DNA of 64,000 nt, taken from positions 1,984,001-2,048,000 of the forward strand of contig OZ024758.1 in assembly GCA_964016885.1 (NCBI GenBank), in the 5' to 3' direction. The notes beneath the pieces are model-generated. The model worked only from the letters and a program-made list of their open reading frames with translations, made no database searches and was not told where the DNA came from. The translations under genes were made by a program, and so were the position numbers. Positions 1 through 39,044 of this stretch are shown here, piece by piece; position 1 is the first letter of the stretch; every line of letters begins with the position of its first letter. The stretch comes from Eledone cirrhosa. Its lineage: Eukaryota.

Positions 1-209
1 ATCCACCACCCTAGCATGGTGTCAGACCCTCTACCCTTACTGCCAATCCACCCAGCACAATAATGATATTTGCTAGGCTTGAAAGAAATTCGAATGAAAA
101 GTCTCTCAAGTTATTTCCAATGTTTGGAGCTGCAGATTGCCTTAAACTGAAAACTCACCAATCAGCTCTCTCTTATCTTGTGGAGGTTTTATATAGGCTG
201 CATAGGTGG

Positions 210-278
<69 letters not shown>

Positions 279-870
279 TATACATATGTATATATGTATA
301 TATGTATATGAGTTTATATATATATGTGTGTGTGTGTATGTGTGTGTATATGCATACATATTATATTAAGGGAATAAATCACCTATAATCCCTCTTAGGT
401 CATTAATATCTAAAGTAATTAATACGAATACAAACAACCTACTTTCATACATACATATACACATACATACATATATACATATATACATACATACATACAT
501 ACATACATACATACATACATACATGCATACATACATACATACATACATACATACATACATACGTACATACATATATACATATATACATATATACATATAC
601 ACATAAATACATACATATATAAATACATACATACATACATACATACATATACACATAAATATATACATACATAAATACTTACATACATACATATACACAT
701 AAATTCATACATACATAAATATATACATACATACATACACACATATATATATACACATATATATATATATACACCTATATAGGGTATTAATAGATTGACA
801 ACATTACAATAGAATGTTAGCAGGTGGTGGACTTCTTCCTACCTGGGTAGCTAGTCTTTCTTCTTGTCAG

Positions 871-2928
871 TTATCATTGTCTGTTAAGAGAGTGTTTACA
901 TTATCAACTTGACTGTCGTCTGCATAATGGAAGGGCCATGAGGAAATATTACCCAGTAAACCACTTCGAAGGTCTAGATAAGGATCAGCTATTGTTTCAG
1001 ACCATCTCAGAATTCCGTAGTGTCACCACACCAACCCAACCAGTAGTATCAACTATACCACATGAATCTACGATATTCCTCGCCGTCTTGTTGGCCGTTA
1101 CTGCCTGCATGATGGTCATCTTGGCCTATTTAACTGGTCGTGTCTTCCAACGGTATCTGGTAATACGAGAAGAAGAAAGATTTATTGAAGAAACACACGC
1201 TGCTATTGTCCAAGCTGGTAAGTTGTCATTGGATTCCCTCTGTTTTTCTTGTCATTGTAGTCTGTTTGGCCTTTACTTTAACTCTTTAGCATTTAAACCA
1301 GCCATATCCAGTCAAAATTCTCTCACCTCGTTTTGTTCTAACCAGCCGTAACCAGCTGTAACTAGCCACTCATAGCGATGTTAACGTATTGTTCTTAAAA
1401 TAAATAATATCAAAATCTCATAGATTCGATATTATGTGAGGTAAAGCCTTTACTGTGACAATACAATAGTATATATAGAGTAATGTAAATGCTAAAGGGT
1501 TAAATACATGGTGTACCCCCAAAAATGTATACATACTTTGATTACCTGTACAGGCAATATTTACTAGAATGCTGGTGAAGGGTGTATACATTTTTCGGGA
1601 CATCTTGTATATATATTCAAACACTTTGTGTACAGAGTCATTGAGAGACATCTAAAAACTGATTTGTTTTACTTTATGATATTTAGTGTACAGTAAATAC
1701 AAATAAATAAGTAGATAAGTGTTGATGGCAGACCTGCCAACCTCTAAAAATCCAGACGGGGAGCTCCATGAAAAAAAAATGCCTCAAAACGGGGAGAAAT
1801 GAGGCAAAATGGGGAGATTTTACATATTGAAAGCTAGACCCATTTTCACAAAGAAGACATCTCTCACCCACCCCAAATGCTATCGCAAATCTCCCCGTGG
1901 GACGGGAAGAGTTGACAAGTCTGTGATGTTCTCTCTTTCACTCACTGCCTCCGTCTCTCTCGCGCTCTCTCTCCCCATCTCTCACTATTATAAGCAAACG
2001 GAGGCCTCCCCACAGCCCCGGCGGACAGAATAGACAATGCGTTTTCCTGGAGGATGGCGAGGGAGATGCTTTGGAAGAGCCATTCCAACTCGCGAGGCTC
2101 ACACCTGCGGGTAGCCAACTCTGTGTCAATGGTGGTGAGTAGGGAGGTGGTCCTAGGGCCAAGGATACCAGGAGTCTCCACTGTTACGAGCTTCTATTTT
2201 GCTTTGCGGCTAAAGTTTTTTAGATGCATCTATAAATATTTCATTAAATATATCTTCTGTAGTATATATGTTTGTGATTGTGGTCGTTTTAAACTCTGAA
2301 CACCTTGCCTCTGTTTCTTGGTGAAACTCTTACCGTTTTGCTTTTTAAAAGTTTGTAAAAGTGGTTTTGCTTTCTTCCTGAATGTCCGAGTGTATTGTGA
2401 GATAAAAAGGGAGATGATTGGAGGTAGGTTAAGGAATTTGTAGCTGTGTCTGGAGCAAAAAGTGATGTGGGAGAAAGACTTGTTGCGGATGGTCTGCTGT
2501 GTGGTGACGTGTGTCATTTAGGATATACAGAGTGTCCAGTTACAATGATATTGCTTCACCCCTTTAGTTTTTTTTATACCATTTGTAAACCAGGGGGTGG
2601 TGAGGACATTGTAATTTTCCTATCAATGATGGTGTAAGTGTAAAAGTTAAAATGTTGAAGTTGTGGTATGTAACATTCCTACAAAATCAAAAAGTACATT
2701 AAATCACAATTCGACAAAAAGAATTAAATAAACTCAAGAGTTAATACACAATTGTCAGCGTTCTCATGGCTAACATATTAGTAGCAGCAGTGGACACAGT
2801 TATACACTGTGAGCTAAGGACTAGCGCCCGAAACGTTAAGACCCTCTTCCTGCTATTTCAAGCGTTAACCTAATATATTCCTTCCATATACTGTACCGAT
2901 TGTGTTGTTATTTCTGTTTACCTTTTAC

Positions 2929-2996
<68 letters not shown>

Positions 2997-4029
2997 CAAA
3001 GAGGGTGTGGTAAGATACCAGGTGGACAATAACGTACCAGAGTACTCGATACTTATAGTAATAGAGTTGGTAATAGGAAGAAAAGAGTCAGGAACCCGAC
3101 GGTTGAGCTCCGGCCGTTTCGACAGCTAGATCCAAACTGTTCCGATCTAGCTGTCGAAACGGCCGGAGCTCAGCCGTCGGGGTCCTCACTCTTTTCCTAT
3201 GTATATATATTGTTACTCTACATTAACCTAACGCCTATATTATCACAACAGTCCCTCTTGTTACTAAGTGTATTCCCTCTACAGAGATTCTCATGAACAC
3301 ATTTCAAAGACTTTAAAATATTTGTTCTTTTTGTTTTAATACCACCTGACGTGTAACAGAAGACATTCTACTGTTTGTTGTCTGAGAAATTGCTCCAGTT
3401 GTTACTATTTTCACTTGACCATTGGGTAACCAAGTATTTGTGCTATATATATTCCAGCACGTCACCCTCACCATCCTGCGGGGAAACGTCTTCTCTAGTC
3501 TGTTCGCTGGGGCCGTGGGGCAGCCTGCCCATGGCCTCCCATTTGGACACAATAGTGAGAGATGGGGGGAGAGGGAGAGACGGAGGCAGTGACAGTGGGA
3601 GTTTGGTTCCTTTGTGTTCGGACCTGGTGTACATGAGAGATGGGGAGAGCAGGAGAGATGGAAGTAGTGACAGTTGGAGTTTGGTTCCTTTGTGTTCGGA
3701 CCTGGTGTACATGAGAGATGGGGAGAGCAGGAGAGATGGAAGTAGTGACAGTGGGAGTTTGGTTCCTTTGTGTTCGGACCTGTTAACTAAACCTGTTAAC
3801 TACAGTGATTTCCTTGAGGTTAACATTACACCACAATATATTACCACAATACCTGTTAGTCTTATATAACACATATACTGTTAACTTTCGATTATATAGT
3901 CTATCTATGTTGTAATTATTTTATTGTTTATTTTCTTTTCTAGATCTGGAATTAGCTGTTCCTATTTCAGAACCGATTACATGGACTCCAATACACCAAC
4001 CAAGAAGAATATTAGAACATGATAGATAG
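871..4029 (+). CDS. Putative single-pass membrane protein of unknown function; exons 871(or ATG 938)-1217 and 3944-4029; possibly 5'-incomplete
   Basis: The ORF from 938 has a Thr/Pro-rich stretch then a hydrophobic helix (IFLAVLLAVTACMMVILAYLTG). Donor G|GTAAGT at 1217/1218 (phase 1) joins the pyrimidine-rich acceptor TTTTCTAG|AT at 3943/3944 in frame, giving DLELAVPISEPITWTPIHQPRRILEHDR-stop. The frame is open upstream to an acceptor at 870/871 (YHCLLRECLHYQLDC...). Confidence 0.6.
1282..1499 (+). mobile_element. piggyBac-like MITE (TTAA target site)
   Basis: TTAA|C(C/T)CTTTAGCATTTA...TAAATGCTAAAGGG|TTAA; further copies at 36036-36272, 54773-55223, about 58042-58619, and partial copies near 11.7, 60.2, 60.6 and 62.1 kb. 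Confidence 0.75.
1729..1923. mobile_element. Non-autonomous DNA transposon (MITE)
   Basis: TIR CAGACCTGCCAAC/GTTGACAAGTCTG; second copy at 44952-45147 flanked by GGCGTTC direct repeats. Confidence 0.7.
1945..2185 (-). mobile_element. 3' fragment of an RLE-endonuclease (CRE-like) non-LTR retrotransposon
   Basis: Translates VETPGILGPRTTSLLTTIDTELATRRCEPRELEWLFQSISLAILQENA, matching the C-terminus of CRE-type restriction-like endonucleases; related pieces near 3440-3620, 6045-6230, 17400-17630, 27440-27612 and 48940-49110. Confidence 0.65.
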
Positions 4030-4799
4030 AGATATGTTAATCGTTCTACAACAACCAACATTATCAATACACTATAAGTGTTAATGTGTCACTACCAAAT
4101 ATTTTCAATTTAACACAGTTTATCATTAATTCTAAACAAGCGGCTGAAAACTCAGCCATGCAATCGATTCATTGTTTCTTCTACTTTCTTTACTACACCA
4201 TGTTCCCAACAAAACATCGAGGGAGAAAGAAAAAGCAAATGATCTTTTCTTTGTTTTGGACATAAGTTGTTGTGATGCCATAGTGTTTCAAAGATGATGG
4301 TTTCCTGATGACTGCCCTTGGTAGAAAGGATTTTTAGGGCATGGATGATTAAAGTTTGAGAAGTTAATGCATTTAATGAAAAGCATTAGCAATAAGACTG
4401 AGGTATCGTATGTAAACCCGTAAATTGAGGCCCTCATAACACCACACTTCCATTTTCTCCATTCTCTCCATACTTCTCTTTACTTTATTACCAACCAATA
4501 TGTCTTCCAAACATGCTCATCCCCGACTACTTCCTCACATTATTTTTTTGGTTGGGGTGAAAAGTCTGATTTGTGACAGTAATTCTATAAACAAATTTAT
4601 AATTGAACTTTAATCAAGTTCAATTAATTCCAAGATATCTGACAATACTCAACGATATATTTATTTCTAGTAAATAAAAAAAAAACTGATTATTTTAAGA
4701 GAAGTGGAACTAGAGAATTTGTTAGGATCATATTTTCCTCAGGTGTAATATCAGTTGATCTCAGGTGAAATATTCATCAAGCAGGTATCTAAACTCATC

Positions 4800-5035
4800 A
4801 TCTTCATCTTCTTCTTCTCCCACTTATTTCTGAGAGGGTCGTGGGGGCAGAGACCTCAAACACTCTTTTCAGCAGGTTCTGTCAGAAGTAACCGTCTCCA
4901 ACTGATCCAGCTCGATCCCTAAGTGAGACCAACCAAGCTCATGGATGTTATCCAACCATCTTGCTCGGGGTCTACTCCTGGATCTCTTGCCGGTTGGTTT
5001 TTTCTGTAAGGTCTGTCCAGCGATTCTTTCCTGGT
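4800..5035 (-). mobile_element. LINE (RTE-like) 3' end remnant
   Basis: Minus-strand translation KPTGKRSRSRPRARWLDNIHELGWSHLGI with a (GAA/GAT)n tail. Confidence 0.6.
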
Positions 5036-6771
5036 ATCTAAACATGACTTGTAAAAAGTTTACCTTTGCTTCTACGGTCCAAACATAACCAATTTATTAC
5101 ACACATCCTTTTTCTAATTCTCCATTTCACGTCATAGTTTCTTCTGATTCTTACCTATATACATGGCAGGATTTAATGGGGTGGGGACAACGGGAGCAAT
5201 TGCCCCGGAGCCCCAGCAGTGGGAGGGGGTCACCAGCGACGGCCATAGCAATTTATTTCTGCCCTCAGCTGAATTTTTTTAGTTACAGGATGGTTAAAAT
5301 TCTTTAATTTAATACCTGTCTGTATAACTTTTTAATTCCAATTACTTGAGCCAAGCTAACTTTGATATGTAAAATTGGGGGGTTTGCTATGTATTCTATT
5401 TTTTGTGTGTGAGGGGTCCCTTAAACCTGAAGTGCCCCGGACTCCCCAAGTTAAACCCTACCTATATAGGCTCATGTGTCTATTGAAAACGTCTTCGAAA
5501 TTGTGGAAACTCTAAAACGTATCTCGGATTAAAATGTTTTTTTTATTTATTTAAGAATTGTATGTTTTAGTTATTTCAGAATACAGGGATGTAAATATGT
5601 TAATATCAAACAAATTGCAACATAAAATCTAAACATTTGTAATTAATTCTTAAATCAATTTAATCAATATGTTGGCATTGATGCTAATTACCATAAATAT
5701 TAGGAATTCTTAATTATTGTTTAAAGCATATTTTTTTTATACAAGCAGGAAATTTTAGATATTTTGGTCAAAAAAGGAATAGGAATTTATAAAATTCATG
5801 TTTTTCTCAAGACTGTCAACAGTTTCCAAGTTTCAATTTCATGAATTTCCGATCCAAGTTTCAATTTCATCAATGGCAGATCCAAGTTTCAATTTCGAAA
5901 CTTGGATTTGTAGAACAATTCTGATTTTATTTTCATACCTCTTTATTTACATCTCATAGATAGAGTTGAAACCGGTAATGGTAAACTAAAATATATAAAT
6001 AATCATCAAATTACGGTATACCTTTCTGTAAGGGGTAAAGAACGGTCGCTGTCGAGACCTCAGGCGTACTCGGGCCCCGTACTGCCCAGCTCCTCCACAA
6101 CATCGGAACGTCAGCAGTCTGTCTGAGGAAGGAACCCCGCGAGGTGGGGTGGCTGTTGCAGTGGGTGTCGCTGGCCATTGTCCGCGAAAATGCTTTTGCT
6201 ATCTTGTCGGTAGAGCGCAGCTCCAACACCACAACACCCTAGGCTCAGAGCCCATCACCCCCTTCTCCCTCCCTTTCTTCTGTGGGCCTAGAGTCCTTGA
6301 TTTTTTCCCTCCTTTTTTCCTCTAATCAAAGGCTTTCGTAGCCCTTTTCTCTACTGGCCAAATCTGCCCTTCTTTACCCCTTACAGAAAGGTATTTCGAA
6401 AGAGAATAAACGGTAGATCTGGATTCAGCAATAGTGTAGTTGACTGTCTACTATACTATTAGTAGATAATAGCTGATCACGTGACTGTCAACTATACGAT
6501 TAGTAGATAGTAGTTGATGACGTGATTGCAACCCAATAGCGGTAGATTTCTGAACCTGATCGCTGACTATCAGAAAAAAAAGGAAAAGCTGCTTTAAAAG
6601 AGGAAAGAAAATACTGTAGAAACATTGAAAGTGACCTAAAGAAATATTTATTAGTATTTGAGACGAAGGGCAGTAACTACAACCAACATTTGAAGAAATA
6701 ACACATATTACAGCTCGGGATATCTTGAAATGAAGCCTGTCCTTATATATTATTTGGAAGGGTTTCAGTGG

Positions 6772-31999
<25,228 letters not shown>

Positions 32000-33176
32000 A
32001 TCTATCACTCTTTCCCCCAAATATTTCGAGGTTAGAAGTCAAGTAGTCACTAATACTAATAATAAAAACACAGAGTTCGGTCAACTCTTCTCTGTTCGGA
32101 CCTGGTGTACAGGGTTAGTTGTTCATTAAACTTTTAATATACTGGACCTAACAGATTGAGAAAGACTGAGAGTTGTGAAGAATTGACCAGTAGTTAAACT
32201 ACAACGATGGTACTAGCAACACCCAGCCATTCTGTTACCAGACGACAATCCTAAGTCGACGATTTCTTTAAGCTGACGAGGAAGTTCTTTACAGTTTTCT
32301 GTCAGTATATTTATATTTATTTTTTTATTTTTACCAGTCTGCTTGTTAACTCTTTTATAAGGATGAAAAAAACGAGCATCCACACACACATATACATACA
32401 CACACCCACATACATGCATCCACACACATACACATACACATACATACATATATATACACACACACACACACACATGTACACACATATATACACACAGACA
32501 CACACATACACACGCACAGCCACGCACGCATTCACATACATAAACACGTACACACACACACACATACTAGCACACGCATCCACACATACACACGCCCATC
32601 CACGCACTCATTCATACACATACACACGTGCATTCACATAACCCCCTCACACATACATATACACACATACATACACATACACATACACACACATACATAC
32701 ACACAGTCTCTCTCTCCCTCTCGCACACACACACATACATACACATACATACACATATACACACATATACACACGCCCACACAGACTAAATAAACACACA
32801 CACTACATAAACTCACACACACTTACATATACATACACACACACACTCTCTCTCTCTCCCTCTCTCTGTCTCTGTCTCACACATACTCATACACACATTC
32901 TCTCTCTCTCTCACACACACACATCCACATACACACACTCTCTCTCCCTCACACACACACAAACTCTCACACACACACACACATCCACATACACACACTC
33001 ATACACACACTCTCTCTCTCTCACACACACAAACCCACACACACACACACCACATGCACACACTCATACACACTCTCTCCCTCACACACACATCGGATTA
33101 TAATATATTTACACAAATACTTGACAATAATATTTTCTAGAACATTATTTACAAACGGAACAAGCATGGCCGTATG

Positions 33177-33242
<66 letters not shown>

Positions 33243-33359
33243 CACATACATACATACATTCATATATATATATATATATATATACATACACGCGCATATA
33301 TATATATATATGTGCATGTTTGTGCGCGCGTATATGTATGTATGCATGTATGTATGTAA

Positions 33360-33390
<31 letters not shown>

Positions 33391-33438
33391 TGTATGTTGG
33401 TCTGCCCGTCCATTCAATCTTTCTAGTTTCTCATTCTT

Positions 33439-33474
33439 TCTTCTAATGAAGGACTAGCATCCGAAACGTTAAGA
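33439..33474 (+). ncRNA. Degenerate minimal hammerhead (core CTAATGA)
   Basis: tctt-CTAATGA-aggactagcatcc-GAAAC-GTT-aaga; related 5'-truncated copy at about 2816-2935. Confidence 0.5.
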
Positions 33475-34810
33475 CCCTCTTCCTGCTATTTCAAGCGTTA
33501 ACCTAATATATTCCTTCCTTACTGTTTTGTTATGTCTGTTACCCTTTACATACATATGTATGCTTATATGTATGTGACATTTATATCAGGTCGCTCTTGA
33601 CTGCTGGTAACATGTAACCCAGTACAGCCTGTGCATAGTCGTGTCATCAGCGACTAAACCGGCAGCCAAGTTTGCTTGGTGGGGAGGCTGATTTTGGACA
33701 CCCTGCTGGATAAAAAAACAAAACTTGTCAAAGGGTGGAGAAACTCAGGAGAGTCAACGGCCATTCAATAAAGTAGAGAGACTTCTAGTCTTCATTAAGA
33801 CAACTCTCTAGGAGAAGGTCACTCTGATATAAAACCTGCCACTTTGCATCCAATCAAGTAGACCAATTCTTCTTTTGGGGTAAAAGCATTCGATGTTCAG
33901 AGAGTGGGATTGGCTCCGTGCAAAGCCTTTCCACACTTTAAAAAACTTCAACTAGATATGTCTTCCCAGCTGAAGTCTCTGACAACCAATACCATATGTA
34001 ATTGGAAGTACTTTATTGGGGGACTTATCAACAAACTGGAAGCACCTGAGGACCAGTTAGGGGTATACATCTGGATAACCACTTACAGCTAGCATGTCAC
34101 AAAATACAGAGTTACCAGGATGTCCAGTTACAGCGAGTGTGTTACAAATATAATTGTTTCTACTTTTGGTACAAGACCAGCAATTACCCCAGTGTATTAC
34201 TGGTACTTTATTTTATCGACCCCGTAAGGATGAAAGGCAAAGTGTGTTACAAATATAATATAGTGTTACCAGATGTCCAGTTACAGCTAACATATCACAA
34301 TATAATATAGTGTTACCAGATGTATATATATATAGAGAGAGGGGGGTGGGGGGAGAAAGAGAGAGAAAGATAGTGAGAGAGTGAGAGAGAGAGAGAGAGA
34401 GAGGGGGGGGGGAGAGAGAAAGAGAGAGAGAGAGAGACTACGAAAGGCGCAGAGGGAATGGAAGTTGATTAAAATAGGAGAAGCGAGAAAAAAGGAATCT
34501 AAACTAAACAAAAAAACTATTAAAAAAAGATGGGAAAGATATTTGAACCGAAAGAGTTAATATCGTAGGTGGAATGGTTAAATCCCTTGTGGAAATTGTG
34601 TGGAGAAAAAACCTAGAATTGGGAGAGAGACAGGGGCAGGGGGAAGGGGACGGAGGGAGGGGAAGTATTAAAGAGACTAAGTGGGCCAGTAAAGTTACAA
34701 TACAACAGGGAAGTTGAAGAAGTTGAAGTAACTTCAACATGTGTTTTGGTTGGGATTAGTTTTAAGTTGATAAGGCGGAAAATAAATGAATGAATGAATA
34801 ACTGTTGATG

Positions 34811-34900
<90 letters not shown>

Positions 34901-34953
34901 TATATAATATCAATAATATTAATAAATGGAAAATATCTTTATAAAACCATATT

Positions 34954-35014
34954 TATTTTATTATACGTATTTCAAGGGTACTAATATTTAAGTACGCTTT
35001 CGTCAGATAAAATA
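34954..35014 (-). ncRNA. Type I hammerhead ribozyme motif
   Basis: tattttat-CTGACGA-aagcgtact..agtaccctt-GAAA-t-acgt-ATA-ataaaata; 8 Watson-Crick pairs in stem I and a palindromic loop III. Confidence 0.78.
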
Positions 35015-35586
35015 TATTTAGTGTTAAGATAGTGACATATCTTCATGTGAACTTAATGGTACAAGCACTGGGCTTATACCATTAAGTTCACATGAAGATA
35101 TGTATGCAACGCTATTATGAACGCCTGCAATGGAATGGCTGTAGGCTGTATCGGTAGAGCGTCAGACACCTTGCTTTGGAGCATGGAGTTATGACCCTTT
35201 ACGTTCTGAGTTCAAATGCCGCCGAGATTAACTTTGCCTTTCATCTTTACGGAGTCGATAAAATAAAGTACCAGTAATACACTGGGGTAATTGCTGGCCT
35301 TGTGCCAAACGTAGAAACAATTATTACGGGATCGATAAAATAAAGTACCAGTAATGAACTGAGGTAATTGCTGGCCTTGTGCCAAACGTAGAAACCTTTA
35401 TCTGCGCCTGCAATATTTTTTCCTTTATCTACCTGGAAATATCTCCGATTACAAACGTACCTGTATAAACACTTCACATGCTTATATCATAAACAAATGG
35501 GAAAGAAGCTGCCATTCTATATTACCTTTTCCAAGTATTGAGTGCTTTGCTGAACATTGTCTTACTCGTCTAAACTGGTACCCCCC

Positions 35587-35684
<98 letters not shown>

Positions 35685-35734
35685 CTCTCTCTCTCTCTCT
35701 CTCTCTCACCCTCTCTCTCTCTCTCTCTCTCTGC

Positions 35735-35788
<54 letters not shown>

Positions 35789-36035
35789 AAAAGGCTTGCT
35801 TGGCGCCGCGTTATATCTTAAGAAAAAGGAATCTTGTATAATGTGTAATGTTTGCCTTTTTCAAGGACATTCTCGTGACATGCGAGAGTTGCGTCAATTG
35901 GGAATTCCAAACAAATTATAATATCGATCTTCTATTTATATCATTGATTATTTCTTTTTTCTTATAAAATATTATACAACGCAGTTGTTTAACCTGTTAG
36001 AAATATCAACCATAATCCCTCAAATCTCACCTTAA

Positions 36036-36272
36036 CCCTTTAGCATTTAAACCGGTCATATCCGGCTAGAATTCTATCACATCTTTCTGTTCAAACCGGT
36101 TGTAACTAGCTGCTTATACTGACGTTAAGGTATTGTTCGCAAAATAAATATCATCAAAATCTCATAGATTCGATATTATGTGAGATAAATGTGTAAGATA
36201 AAGCCTTTACCACAAAAATACCATAGTATATATATATATATATAGAGAGAGAGTAATGTAAATGCTAAAGGG
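36036..36272 (+). mobile_element. piggyBac-like MITE, intact copy
   Basis: Perfect 14-bp TIR CCCTTTAGCATTTA flanked by TTAA on both sides. Confidence 0.8.
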
Positions 36273-37392
36273 TTAAAAAGGGAAGGTCAAATGCAGTCCT
36301 TGATATCCAAAAATTCGGTCTAGGAGTGGCAGGAACATATTTACTCGATCAGGTCTGAATCGTCCTAATCAACAGTAACAACTGCTAACAAGTTAGTAAA
36401 TAAATAAAGGACTGGCGATGTAGTTGCAAGCTTTTCTGTCTTGAATCCAGATCTGTCTAATGTTAAATGTGTGATCTTTCCATGGGTTGATATAATTGTT
36501 TCTACTTTGGGCACAAGGCCCGCAATTACCCCACTGCATTACTGGTACTTTATTTTATCGACCTCGTAAGGATGAAAGGCAAAGTTAACCTCGGCGGGAT
36601 TTGAACTCAGGCCATAAAGGGCCGTAACTCTCTGCCGTGGGGCAGGGTGTCCGATTCTCTACCGATACTGCCAATCCACCGCATCAGAAAAAAATATGAT
36701 GGTGACAGCTGGGGAAACGTTTGATCTTTGGCCTGCTTAATCAGAACTGACATTGAGCTAAATAGCAACAACAGCCTCTCCTATTACTTTGAGAATGTTT
36801 TCAAAAATAATAAACCTCTGGTACTGGGATGACTTTCTGATCACCATCAGAAACAGTTTTATGTCTCTTCAGCAATTATATAAGGAAATAATTAGCAAAG
36901 ATTATAATTAATTCTGTGACACCCAAAGTTAGTATTTACCTTAAAGTACATAAACCATGTGTTTTTTTTCAACACGAAAAGCTCAAAGGATGTTAAAACA
37001 TAATAGATAAAATCAAATCTAAGAAGAGAAAAAAGTGTGTGGTGGGAAAAATAGAAAGCACATCTGTTCATGTAGCGTTTGTTAGAAGTTTACTGGCGGA
37101 AAGAGTAAAAAGTGAAAAGACTGCGATAAGTTATATTAAAATAGATAAGAAAAACTTCTACAGAGAGAAAGATATATTCCCTGAAGATGTTGAGGGTTTT
37201 CTTTCTAGATGTAAAGGCTGGGGGGTGATACAAGGGTGTAGTTAAGATATTGATCAGATTGAGAATACATGCTTACACATACACACCAAAAATGTTTATA
37301 TATGCATTTATATATTAATTTTGGACGAGTGTGTAGATATACTTAATCATATATGAATGCTATATATATATATATATATATATATATGAATG

Positions 37393-37453
<61 letters not shown>

Positions 37454-37457
<4 letters not shown>

Positions 37458-37891
37458 GTATAAAAATCAATACAATATAATTACCTCATTACCAGAGGTT
37501 TCCCGAATGAGGCGAATACGAAAGAAACGTCTTCATTCGTTCGTCAGCACAGATACATTTGCCCTAACATATATATTTACGCACACTTTTTCACTATACG
37601 TATACATTTGTACATACACATATATGTACATCTATGAGCGTATATACTTACATATACACACACCTAACTATATTTCTTGAAAGATTTTTATATATTTCAT
37701 ATGGCTATTGTAATTCATTTGTCTATATTTATATAATTTCTTTTGCTTTTCTTGATGAGACTTTCCAAGTATTTAACCATGTTTTTTATTGCCTCGTCTG
37801 ACGAACGAATGAAGACGTTTCTTTCGTATTCGTCTCATTCGGGAAACCTCTGGTAATGAGGTAATTATATTGTATTGATTTTTATACATTA
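37454..37891. repeat. Inverted repeat: 94-bp arms and a 250-nt spacer
   Basis: 37454-37547 versus 37798-37891, one mismatch by eye. Confidence 0.9.
37788..37865 (+). ncRNA. Type I hammerhead ribozyme motif
   Basis: attgcctcgt-CTGACGA-acgaatgaagacg..cgtctcattcgg-GAAAC-ctctg-GTA-atgaggtaat; 10-bp stem I; inverted partial copy at 37480-37547. Confidence 0.8.
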
Positions 37892-37962
37892 AATTTTGCT
37901 GTGGTACTTACATAGAGCACTCTTCACTTCTATGACCTTTTCTGTTTTCAACGGAAATTTCA

Positions 37963-38019
<57 letters not shown>

Positions 38020-39044
38020 AAAAGAGCCACGACCCCGACGGCTGAGCTCGGATCTAGCTGTCGAAACGGCCGGAGCTCAGCCGTCGGGATCCTGACTCTT
38101 TTCCTATTACTCACTCTACTACCCTAAGTATCGAATACTCTGGTACGTCATGGTCCACCAGACCTCTTGCCATCTCCTCCCTTTCCTGTTTTTTCTTCTT
38201 TCTTTCTCTCTTTTTTTTTCTCTATATTTCCCTATTCTTTCTTTTCTTGTGTTTCCCCTTCTTTTTATTTTTTTCTTACTAAATAAGGTTTTTTTTTTGG
38301 CGGGGGGGGGGGGGGCTTTTGAATACATTTATTTTTTTGGCGGGGGGGGGGGGGTGCTTTTGAATACATTTATTTTTCAAGTTTTGGAAAAAACAAACAA
38401 AAAAAAATACGTACAAATAAATTCTTGAAAACCATTCCATGTAATTTCTGTTGAATCCTTTAAATGAAAGCGTTCTCTGAGACAAACGCGTTTCTATCTG
38501 ACAACATTTTAAGTTGAAATCATTCCATATCAAAATAACATGAACATATTTTCCCAAGTTAAACCAGCCTTAGTACAGTTTACTCTGAAAGAGTCCAGTA
38601 TCCATTTCTGTACATTCAAATTTAAAATTTCAATGAATTTCTTTTCCATATCTAATTTAAGCTGATTGCCAACCCAATCTATTCAACCTGGTCAGTAGTT
38701 ATATTATCTTTAATTGTTTCTACTTTTGGCACAAGGCCAGCAATTACTCAGTACATTACTGATACTTTATTTTATCGATCCCGTAAGGATGAAAGGCAAA
38801 GTTATCTTTAATATCTTTAATTGAAGACAATTCTGAACATTGATGTCACCCACTCACAATATTACTGCTGAAGAGATGAAGCTTATCACTGAACACTGAA
38901 ATCATATTTTTTCTAGTATATAAATATTGCATTAACTCTTTGAAGTTATGGATCTATCTAATTAAACCCCTTTAAGCCGCCTTCCAAATAAAATCCATTT
39001 TTTTCTATTTCATATGTCTTTATAGAAGATTCCATATTTTTACG

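Noticed and set aside
63-742. Many ORF-track entries with YI/CV/HT/MYVC/poly-L/poly-H runs (here and throughout)
   Set aside because: Translations of microsatellites, with no splice or domain support.
4301-4340. CTGATGA...GAAA in the 3' region of the membrane-protein gene
   Set aside because: Stems I and III rely almost wholly on GU pairs; compatible with chance.
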